Origin: Rhizophagus irregularis
Taxonomy: Eukaryota
Reading direction: 5' to 3'
DNA length: 64,000 nucleotides
NCBI RefSeq assembly: GCF_026210795.1
Contig: NC_089431.1
Span: forward strand, 2,542,001-2,606,000
The translations under genes and the position numbers were made by a program. This document shows positions 27,377 through 39,593 of this stretch, one piece after another. Every line of letters starts with the position of its first letter. The first letter of the stretch is position 1. The notes beneath the pieces were generated by a model. It saw only the letters and a list, made by a program, of their open reading frames with translations, was not told the DNA's origin and made no database searches.

Positions 27377-30300
27377 TTATAAACATCCAGGTAAAATCCT
27401 AAATGGCCTAACAGGGTTGGTTTCTTCCAACTCCAAAGCATACCACAAACAATCCTTCGTTCTCTTAACTCTATTAGTTGCTTGATATATTTTACCAAGA
27501 TAAAACCTAATAAAGAATATAAATATAAATACGTATTTATCTAATAATAATATATTAAATATACACAATTTCCTTAAAAAAAAAACGTACCATGCCTCTG
27601 CACAGCTCCATCCATTACTTTTTGTAACATTATCTAAAAGTCCTTCTGCCATCTCTAGATCATCCATTTTCATATAAACTCTGGATAAATGTACCAAACT
27701 ATACGTATGATTATTGTCAATTGAAAGAGCTTTATGAAAAGAAGTTATAGCATCTGCATAACTTTCTTGTGCAAATAACAATAACCCGAACTGTATATAA
27801 AAAAAGAATTATTTAAAACTTCGAACCTTTATAGAGTAAATAACCATAATTAGTAGCTTACCTGACACCAAACATCGGGACTTAAATCATCAACTTCCTC
27901 GGCACTTTCAATGGCTTTTTGCGCTTCTTCCAAATTTCCAAGTCTTCGAAAAGTTGAAGCTGAAGCAAGCCATAAGTCCGTCAATACTTTAGTAGCACGT
28001 TGACGACGTTGTTTTGTCTTTAATGTTGCTTGTGGTGATTGTATAGTAGCTGATTTTGCTGTAGATAATTGTACACCTGTAATTGTTTGTGCAGGACTTC
28101 GTTTTAATCCAGAAGACGCTGAATTTCTTGATGATGCTATTGATGGCGTATAATTCGCTTTAGGTACATCTATTTATAAGAATAGAGTAAATACATATAA
28201 CAATTGAATATTTTTGACGAATCTATCTTTTATGTGGAGGAAAAAAAATTTTAGTTTAATAATAATTACCAAGTGTATCCTTATTACCAGCACTGGAAAT
28301 CGAACCTTCAGTACTTATGTAACCTTCCTTTTTGTCAGCACTAGTAAAGCTCTTAACACTATTATTACTAACAGGCAGTTTAGCCGCCGTAACAGGTGTA
28401 AGTGTTTCTTCATACGTCATGTTTTGTTTTCGTAAACTTGAAACATCGTAAACTGATCCATTTGGTGATGCTATAATATTATAGTCTGGGAACATTTTTG
28501 CGTATAACATAAACAATTTATCAAAATTATTTATAGCAGCATCAGATCCATTAACTAACTCTTGTAATGCATTTTGCGTCAATTTCAACGAAATAAATTC
28601 ATCTCCATCATCATTTCCCATGGCAGAAGATGTACTATAATCACCCGTTGAATCAGCCGCTTCCCAATCCGATTCTTTTATTCCTAATTCACATGCCTTA
28701 AGAGCCCCCTGAGAATCCTTTTGGGAAGAAAGTAATAACACTAATAAATGCCAACATGGTATGCTTGAACTATTAAGGTTTATAGCTTGTCTTATACTAA
28801 TTATTGCTTGGCTAATGTCCCTTATTGTGGCATATTCAAGCGATAATCGATAATGAGATTCAAATGCTTCCGAATCCAATAATATTGACTCGTTCAATAC
28901 TTCAATAGCTTTATTATGAAATTCTGATCGTTTGCCAGGATCAGTTTCTAAAAATAATATTAAGAATAGGTTCATTTTAATATTCATATTAAGATAAATT
29001 TTTCTTTTAAATAAAAATTATTAATTAAAATCAAATTTTAACCTTCAGCAGCAAATAAACTATATCCAACTCCAACACATCTCAAAACATGTGCGTATAA
29101 TTCTTCATCATCTAAATTGCTGTCATCTTTATACCAAAGTAAGGCTTTTTGTGCAACTTCTAATGCTTCTTTAGCCTTAAAGTATAAAGACAATTCAGTA
29201 AAATTATTATTTTAGTTAAAGCGAATCTTACGCATTACCTTATTCATATATTTTGCCATCAGTACTGAGCCAGTAATCAGCGTTTGTATAACTTGTTCAG
29301 AAGTTTCAATCGTCATTTCATGCTTAACTAGTGTAGAACATTCTTTAGTTTCCTCTAGCGATTCTTGCATTTGCCTTTCAATATCTTCAATTTTTGTTTC
29401 TTTCGCTTTTTCAACAAGTGCAATATATGCACTAAGAGCCAATTCAGCTTCTTCATAATCTCCGTAAGTAATCAATGAATTTATGAGATGTCGCAATATT
29501 CTTGGAGATTGAAATGTTTTATGTGTTGCACGATGAAGCATCTTTTAAGAAAAAAAAATATAATCACGTCATCACATTATTTTAAGAACAATTCAATGAA
29601 ATGCAATTAACAGCACATACCAACCTCAATTAATTCACGCATTTCTGCAGAAGTTCCACCACCCAATATAGTCCAGTCAGACATAACTTGATCAACCATT
29701 TCCAAAACCCTCCAATTAGCTTCTCCAGCCTTTGGAAAAGAAGTAATTTGAAATATGACATTTTCATACAATAAATGTAATTCAGTCAATTCAACACGAA
29801 ATGTGTGTGGAGTATAAATTGTAGACTGCTCACTATTAATTTGAGAAGTTTAGTATATCAAATACACAATGATGATGAATGATAATAATATACTAAAAAA
29901 TAAAATATTTACTTTGACGTAACACTTGGTGGATCGTACGTTCCTTCTTGATATATTTTTGATAATAATTTAATAAAATACTTGTATATAACTGCACGTT
30001 TATTGATTCTGAATTTATCCCCCCAAAGTGTAGCATATGACTGATATGTGCGAAATGATTGAAGAGCTCCTTTCGTGTCACTGATTAAAAAAGTAAATAT
30101 TTTCAGAAACATGATACAATTGTAATAATGATTTTTCTAGTTTTCTCAATTACCCTAATCGTACTTTCAACAAAGGTGCGCGATATAAAGCTTCTTCAGA
30201 CCAATTAGACAATTGATCTTGTTTTTCGTTAGAATTTGGTGACAACAATGCCGCAACTTGGTCATAACATACAATGGCTTCATCGAAATCACTTAAAGAT

Positions 30301-31295
30301 TCATGAGCCATTCCTAACAAAGAGCGGATTTTTGAGTTATAATATACTAATTTTTTAAAATATAAATTGCATAAACTTACCTTTAAGAACTAATCCTTGA
30401 ATGATAAGTACAAAGTTATATCCTATGGGTAGTTCTGATGGAACAAAATTTGTACTTAAAACTTCCACACATTTGCCATATTTTCCAACAACAAAATAGG
30501 CTCTCGCGAGTATAATTGATGCATACTAAAGTAATTACAATATAAATATAAAAAAAATGCATTATTCGTCTACTCTCATTGAGAATAATATCTCTAAAGT
30601 ACTATAACTATTATGATCACCATATGAATAATAAATCATATCTGTATAAATATAATTGTTGAAACTAGTAAAAAATTAAAAATGTAATTTAATAATACAA
30701 TTAATTCCATTATAAGATATTTGAATCAATCTAATCTCAAATGCTATAAAAAAATGTTTTCCAAGTTCAGCCATTCTCCAATCATTTATTTCTCACCTTT
30801 TTCTCTTGATCTTGAGCTTCGGCCAAGGCAACTTCGATTTTCTCAAATACCTCCTTGATTTTTGCTTCATCAATAGTAGGCTGTAAAGTAATGTGTTTTG
30901 GCGAATCATCATCATAATTACATTCTATTTTTTCTATTGCCTGCACTAAAGCATGTTCTGCTAATGCTGATTGCTGAAGAACTATACAATTTTTTTAAAC
31001 AAGTAGATTGTCAGTTTTATTAAATTTTTAAAAATGTGAATAAAGTTCAAACTTGCCTACTCCTGACGGATTATGTTTTCGATATTTTCTCGCTAATTCT
31101 GGAACTTCGTTCCAGCTACCTATTTCCGACGGATCAAGTATTCAATAAAATTAGATACATAATTGATATTCATAAATGTTTAAAAGAAGTAGAATTAAAT
31201 ACTGAGGTAATTTTAAAAGTTATGTAAAAATTACCTTTACATCGAGCAGCATCGAGTTCTCTCGCTCTTTGATTTGCTTTTGTAAGGTTTGTCAT
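27377..31295 (-). CDS. YPP1: TPR protein of the Ypp1/TTC7 family (PI4-kinase Stt4/PI4KA scaffold), multi-exon
   Basis: N-terminus MTNLTKANQRARELDAARCKG..WNEVPELARKY..HNPSG; ATHKTFQSPRILRHL; PCWHLLVLLLSSQKD; C-terminal AW.YLGKIY..KDCLWYALELEETNPVRPF, typical of the TTC7/Ypp1 C-terminus. Confidence 0.85.
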
Positions 31296-32345
31296 TTAAC
31301 AAACTTTTCTAATTGATTATAAAAGAAATTAAATACTTGGATAGATTAAAAAAAAACCTTTTTGAAATAATTTTTTTCGATCTGATCCGTTTGTTCGTAG
31401 GTTCGATTGTTTGTACTGTACGACAAATTTTATTATCTTGAAATTTTGCTGTAAAAACCGGGAATCGGATTTTTTACGAATTTAACACTTTAATTGGTTT
31501 AATAGCTCCTTCCATTTTAATTAAAAATACGTTGTTTGATTTGTTAAAAATTAAATTTTATGTATAATGCTATTTTAAATTAATTTGAATTATTTCAATT
31601 TATATAAAATATTACCTAAATTCTAGAATATAAATCAGAAAATAAACTATTATAGATGTTTATATAACAAAAAATTTTAAGGTAAAGCAATATGAAAATC
31701 AACTGTATGTAAATCATGTGATAATAATATGCTTTTATTAGCCCTACATGAATGTAAAATAATGGAATATTGATAGCTCTTAGTACAAACTTTAAGGGAA
31801 ATTTTATAACTATAATATTGTAAAAGAAACTGAAAAGTAAGCTTTTAATTAAAATATTAAATTCGTTATAAACAGTAGTTATAATATATAATGCACTATT
31901 TTTATTAAAATAGATAATAATAAAGTTGTTATTTAAAGTAAGATCTTAAATATCTAATACTGTATAAGGATTCTGGATATTTCTAAAACAATTCATAAGT
32001 TATACTAATTTTTTTAAAAGTTAAAAATTAGAGTTATGTAATTTTTTTTAGCATTTAATAGTCCAATTTGATAAACTTTTTTATTTTTAACTTTTATTTT
32101 TATTTAATATATATTATATATATATATTGACTAAATTTTCTTATATTCTCTTATATAATTTTTATGATTCTTTTTGATTATATTCAGAAGCTCTGTAATT
32201 TTTTTCACTTCATGTTCATTTCATTTAAACCATAAAGATTCTGTATTAGCTAATAAATTATAAAATATATTTGAATACTTTCCTAAATTTTCTTTAAAAA
32301 TTGGTAAAGCTTTTGCAATTTCTTCTAAATCATTAAAAATATTTT

Positions 32346-34200
32346 AGAAAAACTTCAATATTTACTATTATGAAATTACTGATTTATTAGAAATTTGATT
32401 TAAAGTTTTGTAGAATTTCAAGCTATATATAAAAAGGTAAGGTAAGGGTAAAAAAAAAGAGTATATATATTTTTTTTGACTATTATATATTATATAAATA
32501 GCCATATATGGCTAATGACTTATTTAAATATATACAGAATTAGAATCCCAAGCTATATATATAGTGATAAGGTGCAGCCAAAAAAATTACTATTAGCTTT
32601 ATGCATTTTTTCAAGACTAGAATTATGATAATACCAGTTAGTATCTAAAAAAAGAAATAAATTCCAGCTAGCATTATCTATAAAGGAAAGATCTATATAA
32701 TTATTTTGGCCAATTCTACACAACTTGATTTTTGAAATAAGTTTTTGTTTAAAATGGCATTATTTTTTTTTAAAAAACCTATAGAATTTTTTATTATTAT
32801 TCTAATTGAAAGTTGATTATAAAGATGCTTATCAAAACTATTTTTTCAAAATTTTAGTTTAGTCAAAATTCAATCTAAAACTATTTTTTATAATAAAATT
32901 AATTGCTTAAACTATTTTTATACTTTTCCAAAATTAATTATAATTTAGAAAAGTTTCAGATTTACCAATTTTTCATTAAAAATAAAGTTTTTGAGTTTTA
33001 GATTTTAATTTTATTATTAAATGAATTTCAGGTAGCAACACTAATTGGTCATACAATGAAGTATGCAAATATTATTACTGAGACAAAAATGGCAAAAATC
33101 TTAGTACAACTTTACTTTAAGAAAAATCTTAGTTAGCTAAAGTAAAATAAGAACTACTACTATTTCTTTCTTTATAAAATTGGCCTATAGGTATTAAAAT
33201 TAAGAATCAAAAAAGTATTGCATAATATAATTTATAAAAGAATGCTTTACTTTCAAGTTATTTAAAATTTTTCTGTTTAAGATAAGAGAGAAACTGGCTA
33301 TGTATTTCTTAAACTATTAAATAACCTATTTGTTAAATACTAATCTTTTTTATTTGCTAGTTATTTGAATCACTGTGATGATCTACTTCTATTTTCTAGA
33401 TTGTTAAGAATACTAAATATAAACTTTTTTTGTTATACTTTATAAACTGCTAATTTATACCTCTTTTTATTTTACTTTTTTTTAGAAATGAACAAGAAAC
33501 ATAAGAAGAATAGACAGATGATTAAAATTATAACAATCAAATTATATTAAATAATAATAATCTGTTAAATAATAAATAATAACGATCAGAATAATTGGAT
33601 GTACATATTGACTATGATATAGAAAAATATTAATAATTGAAAATTTTTCTGACAAATTGAAGTTCAAATTTTGGACTCAAGTCTTTAAATTATATTATTA
33701 TTTGGATGAAGGTAATTGGAAGTTTCAATATGATATTATCAGTATAGCCAAAAGATACCTTAAGGCAGATAAATATTTATCTCAAGCATAACATGCTCTT
33801 TTAGATTCATATCTAATAATAATAGTATAATTTTCCTACATTACATTAATAATTAGTGAATAATAATCTTGTAATTCTAAAAACATTAATGTTGAAACTA
33901 ACTTTTTAGCTAATGAAACTTCACTACTTCATTATTTTCTGAACTTACTGTATTTAATGTGTTAATTGCTAATAACCATCAAAATACAATAATAAATGAA
34001 ACAAATCTTCTCTTTAAATTTACAGAGAGTAGATTAAAGTCTAACATAGTGTTATTTGTAAAGTCTTTTTTCGTAGAATGTACATATATATACAAACAAT
34101 GCAAGTATTTGGAATTCATTTATAATAATACACATTATTTGCATTATACCTATTATTTTTGAGATAGAAAGTTCATAATCGATCTTACAAAGAAAAATAG
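32346..34200. mobile_element. ~1.85-kb CpG-depleted insertion interrupting P1 (unclassified transposon remnant)
   Basis: It separates two collinear pieces of P1 and contains a diverged repeat TAGAAT..CAAGCTATATATA (32411, 32540). Almost no CpG; no intact ORF or clear termini found. Confidence 0.5.
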
Positions 34201-34490
34201 TAAATCATTTTAAAAGAACATCATCAATTATTAAACTATTCTCTCCAGTTTTATCAAATGCTGATATTGTTACTAATTTTATGGCAGGGACTTAAAACTA
34301 TAAGAACAGATCTTTGTTTCAATAACTTGTATACCATTAGTCCATTACGAAGTAATTCCGCTGTTAATGCTTTGTAAGTGTCTTTTACTAAAGAATAAAA
34401 ATTTCTTAAAACATCAATTAATACTTCAATAGAATGTGAAAGAAGTTTTTCATCATTATTATCTATTTTGGGGTGAATGGTTATCAATAA

Positions 34491-34914
34491 CTAGCCGGAT
34501 CAGACCAGGCTCATATAGAATAGTACGAAAAGAAGGACGTTTTGCAGGGATAAACAAAATTTATTTTCGCAGTCAATGTCATATGTTGTATGTATAATTA
34601 TTATCATTATTCAGAGATCAAATAATGATAACCTCAAATTCCTTTCACCCTTTCTCTTATATAATAATATACAGTATATAATAATCCTTCTTTAATTATA
34701 TACTTATTCTCTTGTTGTATATTTTTACATATTCTATTGTACTCTTCTTCGTCCATTTTACTTATTTACCTCTTCAATAAAACCATCTAGTTTTTATAAT
34801 TTATTCCATAAATTTACTAATCTTTCGATATCATCATTTTTAATTTTTACTTCTTGGTATTATTATTAATAATGATAATTTAAATTTTGTCGGATCAGAC
34901 TAGGCTCATATAGA
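34491..34914 (-). mobile_element. 424-bp non-autonomous rolling-circle-like (Helitron-like) insertion with direct terminal repeats
   Basis: On the minus strand it begins TCTATATGAG and ends CCGGCTAG with no TSD. Removing it rejoins P1 as TCA AAT GAT|TTA TTG ATA ACC ATT CAC. A 26-bp direct repeat (1 mismatch) lies at 34496-34521 and 34891-34916. Confidence 0.6.
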
Positions 34915-36094
34915 ATCATTTGAAATATAATTCCAAAAAAGCCAAGCTCCATTACTATATATTTTTATATAGGAATATTTTGCGATTTTCAATTGCCATT
35001 AATTGAGGTATAATTTGGTTAAGTCTATTAGCCAAAATATTACAGTTTTGCAGTTTTTGCAATAATTATGTTCAATCTTACGTATTTATTATAGCCTTTA
35101 ATAATTGATGAAAATGTGGTTTCAAACTTCTACGGAATTATTAATTGGTAATATGTCACAAACTAGGCATTCCCCTGAATTTAATCCTAGCAAATTTGTA
35201 ATGTATGCTGAGGAATTAGGATATGAAATAGATTCATTCTCTTCTATAGAAATATAAAAATTTTGTTCATACTATTTCTTTTTGTTTCGTTTCTATTTTG
35301 TTGTATTGCCTATTTTCTCTATTGAATAAGATGATAATAAATCATTTCCTAGATAAAATTCTTTCTCTTGACTGAATAACTTTTGAATTTCTTTTTTTCC
35401 AAATAAAAGATTTAATTCTACTTTAACTACAACTTTCATTTCTTCAAGTATAAAGATTTGATAAATTATTTATGCCTATACCATTTATCCAAAATGGCAT
35501 AGTTTTCTTTCCGTTGCATTGTAGATTTATTTAGACAGTATTTGCAAGCTCTCCATCCAAATTATCATAAACATAGTCCATAAATCTTCCAAGTCCAGAT
35601 CCTCTAAGTAAACCATATTGGTATTTGGTACCTGGTGTCAAATTTACCAATTTTGTATTTTGTTTAAAAAACGATTTTTTTAAAATAATTATATTTTTAG
35701 AATAAATTTCATAAATTAAAAGTTCGTATGCTTCCCATTGTTTTCTTTTAGGTAAGTCAGTATATATATATATTTTTTATTTTGTTAAATATAGACAGAC
35801 TGGGGCAATAACAAGGGAAATCTCTGAAAGTTACCACCATTACAAACGGTAGACTAAACTATACATAACGTTAAATACCCAGCCCCTTAGCGGAGTCGTC
35901 CTGCCTGTTATTTAAAAATCTGAGGCATGGCTTAATTTCTATTATCTATATCATTTTAACTTTAGACAATAAAATTAAATAAAAAGGTACTTCCGTAAGT
36001 CAATATATTCATTGTAAACCTTTTTAAATACGCGCTCAAGCAACATGTGATCCACGTGATGTATAAACATGATCTAAATTTTACCTGTACCTAT

Positions 36095-36730
36095 TTTAAG
36101 GTATTGTTTTGAGCTTCTTTTTTGCTTTAATAGCTTGTTTTATGGTATTGATTCGCTGTTAATGTAGCTTTATGATCTTTTCTATCGAAAAATTAAAACT
36201 TCAATTGATTATTAAACAGAATAATTCTTTCATTATTAAATATTTATGATGATAATGAAATAATGACATAAATGCGGATCATGATCTAAGATATATCTAT
36301 TATCAATACTGCTCAAAATTCCCAGCATCAGACTCCATCTCCATACATTGTTACATTGTTGCATAGAAAGATTTCACGATTCCCAAGTTCATTAATTTTT
36401 TTTACCAAGGTCCAATTTCCTAATATACAATAATTCTGTTTAAAGAGTACTGTATATAATATATACAGTATAAGTAAATTATAGGATTTAAATAAAATAA
36501 GTAATCAACTTACATGGTAATTGAAACGAATCTTAATTTCTACAGTTAACAAAGGTTAATAATTATATATAATTATTCAAAAATGTTAATAATTAAAGAA
36601 ATAAACCATCTACGGTATTTCTAGAATATCAATTTCGTTCACTATATCAGGGACTTCAAAATATTATTTCCGTTCATCATGTCAGGAATTTCTACAACTA
36701 TTTTATTATCCTCGTTCACCATCATTAATT
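36095..36730 (-). pseudogene. Pseudogene P2: decayed paralog of the 59480-60543 gene
   Basis: Minus strand reads MMVNEDNKIVVEIPDMMNGNNI, RWFI, DSFQLP followed by the family's conserved GTAAGT donor, then IVKSFYATM..MYGDGV, SIEKDHKATLTA and KQAIKAK, with frameshifts and stops. Confidence 0.8.
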
Positions 36731-36879
36731 TCCCATTTCTTGTTTAAATGTGTTTGTCTCGTCATATAATTTATTTTTCTTATTGAATAGTATGAAAAAA
36801 TTCCAGTATTAAGGAAAGGAAATTAATCTAAAAATAGATCTTTTATATTGTTCAGCCATTACAAAAATTATCCTTCGAT

Positions 36880-37520
36880 TTTAATTTTGTAATTAAATTC
36901 TCGTGCATTTTTTTATTCGTGTTCATTCCATTTAAGCTGTTTTATTAGCTGAAAGTTTATATATCTAAGATGTTTTCCAAAATTTTCTTAAATCATTATC
37001 TAAAATATTTGAAAAAACTTCCGGTATTGTAGCTATTGACCATCAATTATTAAACTAACTCTCTTCAGTTTTATTAAACTAAAAGGACTTGGAATGTTAC
37101 TATCAGAAATATTGTAATAACTACGAGATGAAACTGCTGTTAATGTAATTTTTTCACTGAAAATAAAGCTGCCATTGATCCTTGAGTAGAGCTCGTCTAT
37201 AATATATAACTTAATTGAAATATAATTCAAAATATTATTCAAAAAATTCCAAAAAAAAATCAATCTCCATAATTAAATAAGATGACAGTACTAGGTTCTT
37301 TACCAAAATCCAAAAAATTTTTTTATTTGACTCTGAAGTAAAAACCAATATTTCCTTTTCAACTTTTTCAATTTTCCTTCACAATCAAATCCTTTAATAT
37401 TAAAATTAATAAAAGCGGTTCCATCTTTTCTAATGTCCCTAATGAAATTATTGAATGTGAACTAACGATATAAATAAGTTATAAATGTGATTTTTCTTTT
37501 ACATTTTGAACTTTGTCAAA
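36880..37520 (-). pseudogene. Pseudogene P3: heavily deleted paralog of the retropepsin-bearing members
   Basis: Shares CATTCAATAATTTCATTA (HSIISL) with the 62226 gene. Also EKVEKEILVFTSE, FFWNFLNNILNYIS, ITLTAVSSRS and QLKWNEHE, all in collinear order. Confidence 0.75.
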
Positions 37521-37643
37521 ATTTTAGATTTTTTAATAATAATGAAACCCGATCGTATTTAAAGTTTATATAAATCGAGCAAATCAATTAATTTATTTGT
37601 AAATTTTATAATTATATTATAAAAACATTTAAATTAGAATCCA

Positions 37644-39401
37644 CTAAAGCATATGTGATAGAAGGCTCATTTGTTCAGATTGATTTCTTTGCATTAGATC
37701 CCGAAAGGATAGGGATTGATTAGAATCAATATTTTCGCGGAATTGCGAATATTTAATGGAATATTCCGCTACAACTTTCTCATTCTCCTCACCATAATTC
37801 CAATAGGGATCTGTCTTTAAATTGAGTGGAATATCGGAAATATAAATTAATTTCTTAAACTCGCACATTCTAACTGTCCGGTCATTGTCCTCAAATCCTT
37901 CCCCTTTGGGCTTTTTGACGTTAGGCTCTTTCTTAATCTCATGAGGAACATATTTTCTGATTCCTTTGGCAAGTTCAATCTTGCGCTGCTCCGCTGCACG
38001 GGCATCCTCTTTATTTTGCTTTTTGTTTCTCGCATTAATACGTGCCCAAACGTCATCAGTTGGATCACGTTCGGCAAATTTTGATTCAAGTTCTTCGCTA
38101 ATCTCTTGTATCCTTGCATCTAACTCTTTAGCTTCCTTTATATCTCCTCTAAGCTCTGCAAAATATTTGAGAGTTGTTAAATTTGATTTTTCGATCGTCA
38201 ACTCTTTCTTTTCGCCGCGTAGGGCTTTCTTTTGTTGAACAATATTTTCAACATCTTTTTCTGTAAGTATATACTCTTTAGCCCTATTTAAATCTTCTTG
38301 TTTGCGAGAAGTATGTTCTTTCGATGGCAATTCCATATTATGATGTTTCATAGTAATTAACCAACGCTCAAATTCGGACTAAAATATTGGAATAATAATT
38401 AACAATTATTAATGTGTATGTATTTATATTTATACATTTTTTTTTTAAAAAAAAAGGAAAATTATTTACTTGATCAACATATTGATTGGATACAATATCC
38501 ATAGGCCAGCATTTAACAGCATCAGCATGTCTAAGTTTGAGCACTTTATTTGTAATAGTCTTGTCAACGTAATATTTGTTTTCTGTAGCCTCGACACCTT
38601 CAATCTCACACAAACGATACACTTGTTTATCTTCTCTATCTCCAATATGCAATCGAACGTAACATCCTACTATGGCGTCAGCTAAGAATGGAGCGAACAT
38701 CCAATTTACAAGCATATGCCGGGATACTTGGATGGTTCTTAATTCTTGCAGTGTAATATCCTGATAATAATTCAGATTTAAAATAAGAATATAAGTATTT
38801 ATTCTAAATCAAAAATTTGAAAAAGCTACGAACTTACTTCATGAGTACTATCTTTTTCGCCATCCCCTTCATATTCATCATTTGATGATGAGGCATGCTC
38901 AAGTTCAGGACTTTGAGAACCAGATTTTGTTTTTTGTTCCTTTTCTGCACGTCGACGTTTGAATTCATTAAATTTTTTTTTGCTTGCCTTTTTCGCTCGT
39001 GAAGATCTCTTAGATTTATCATCTAATGGATCAAATAACTGCTGGACTGCATGCAGATCCAAGTGGTGTTGTTTCTTTTCGGCTCTGTCAGCCAAGATCC
39101 TTTCTCGTGCAAGTTCGTTTAAGTTTCCCAATCTTTCTCTATCATTTCTATCATGATACAAATCTGGCCCATATTCTCCAGGGGAACCTCTTCGGCGTTT
39201 ATCCTTACCACCATCCTCAAAGTATTCGTCTTCAGGCGATGGAGATCTTGAACCTCTACTCTTCCTTTTTTGAGAAGTACGTGTATCTTCTTCACCAGAT
39301 CCAGACTGTGAACCACCCGGTTCAGAAGCTTGTTCGGAACGTTTTGAATTTTCACCGACATCACCAGTGAGTGCAAGAATTTCGTCTTCTATATCAGACA
39401 T
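37644..39401 (-). CDS. RTF1: Paf1 complex subunit Rtf1 (Plus3 domain). Exons 39401-38838, 38760-38470, 38378-37644
   Basis: MSDIEDEILALTGD; DRERLGNLNELARERILADRAE (histone modification domain); Plus3 domain WMFAPFLADAIVGCYVRLHIG..VYRLCEIEGV..WPMDIVSNQ; WARINARNKKQN. Confidence 0.93.
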
Positions 39402-39593
39402 TATTTGCTTAAAAAAAGATTAAAAAGAAAACATTGAACAAATTTCAATCGTGCTGCGTCATATTTATTGGCATAGTATAATACTGTATGACAAATTTTT
39501 AAATTAGGGTGGTCAGTATGTCACATGATTTTTCCACCTCAGACGCGACTTTATTCGTTTCGTTCAGTTCGTATTCAGTATTCATTGAGAAAC

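Larger units (their letters stand above)
32140..35530 (-). pseudogene. Pseudogene P1: fragmented paralog of the 57755-59207 gene, with two insertions and an internal inversion
   Basis: Minus-strand pieces match successive parts of the intact gene: 35530-35240 (YAILD, KVVVKVELNLLFGK, FYLGNDLLSSYSIEKIG), 35050-34915 (IAKYSYIKIYSNGAWLFW), 34490-34200 (IHPKIDNNDEKLLSHSIEVLI..DKTGENSLIIDD) and 32340-32140 (FKENLGKYSNIFYNLLANTESL..NEHEV). Stops and deletions throughout. Confidence 0.88.
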
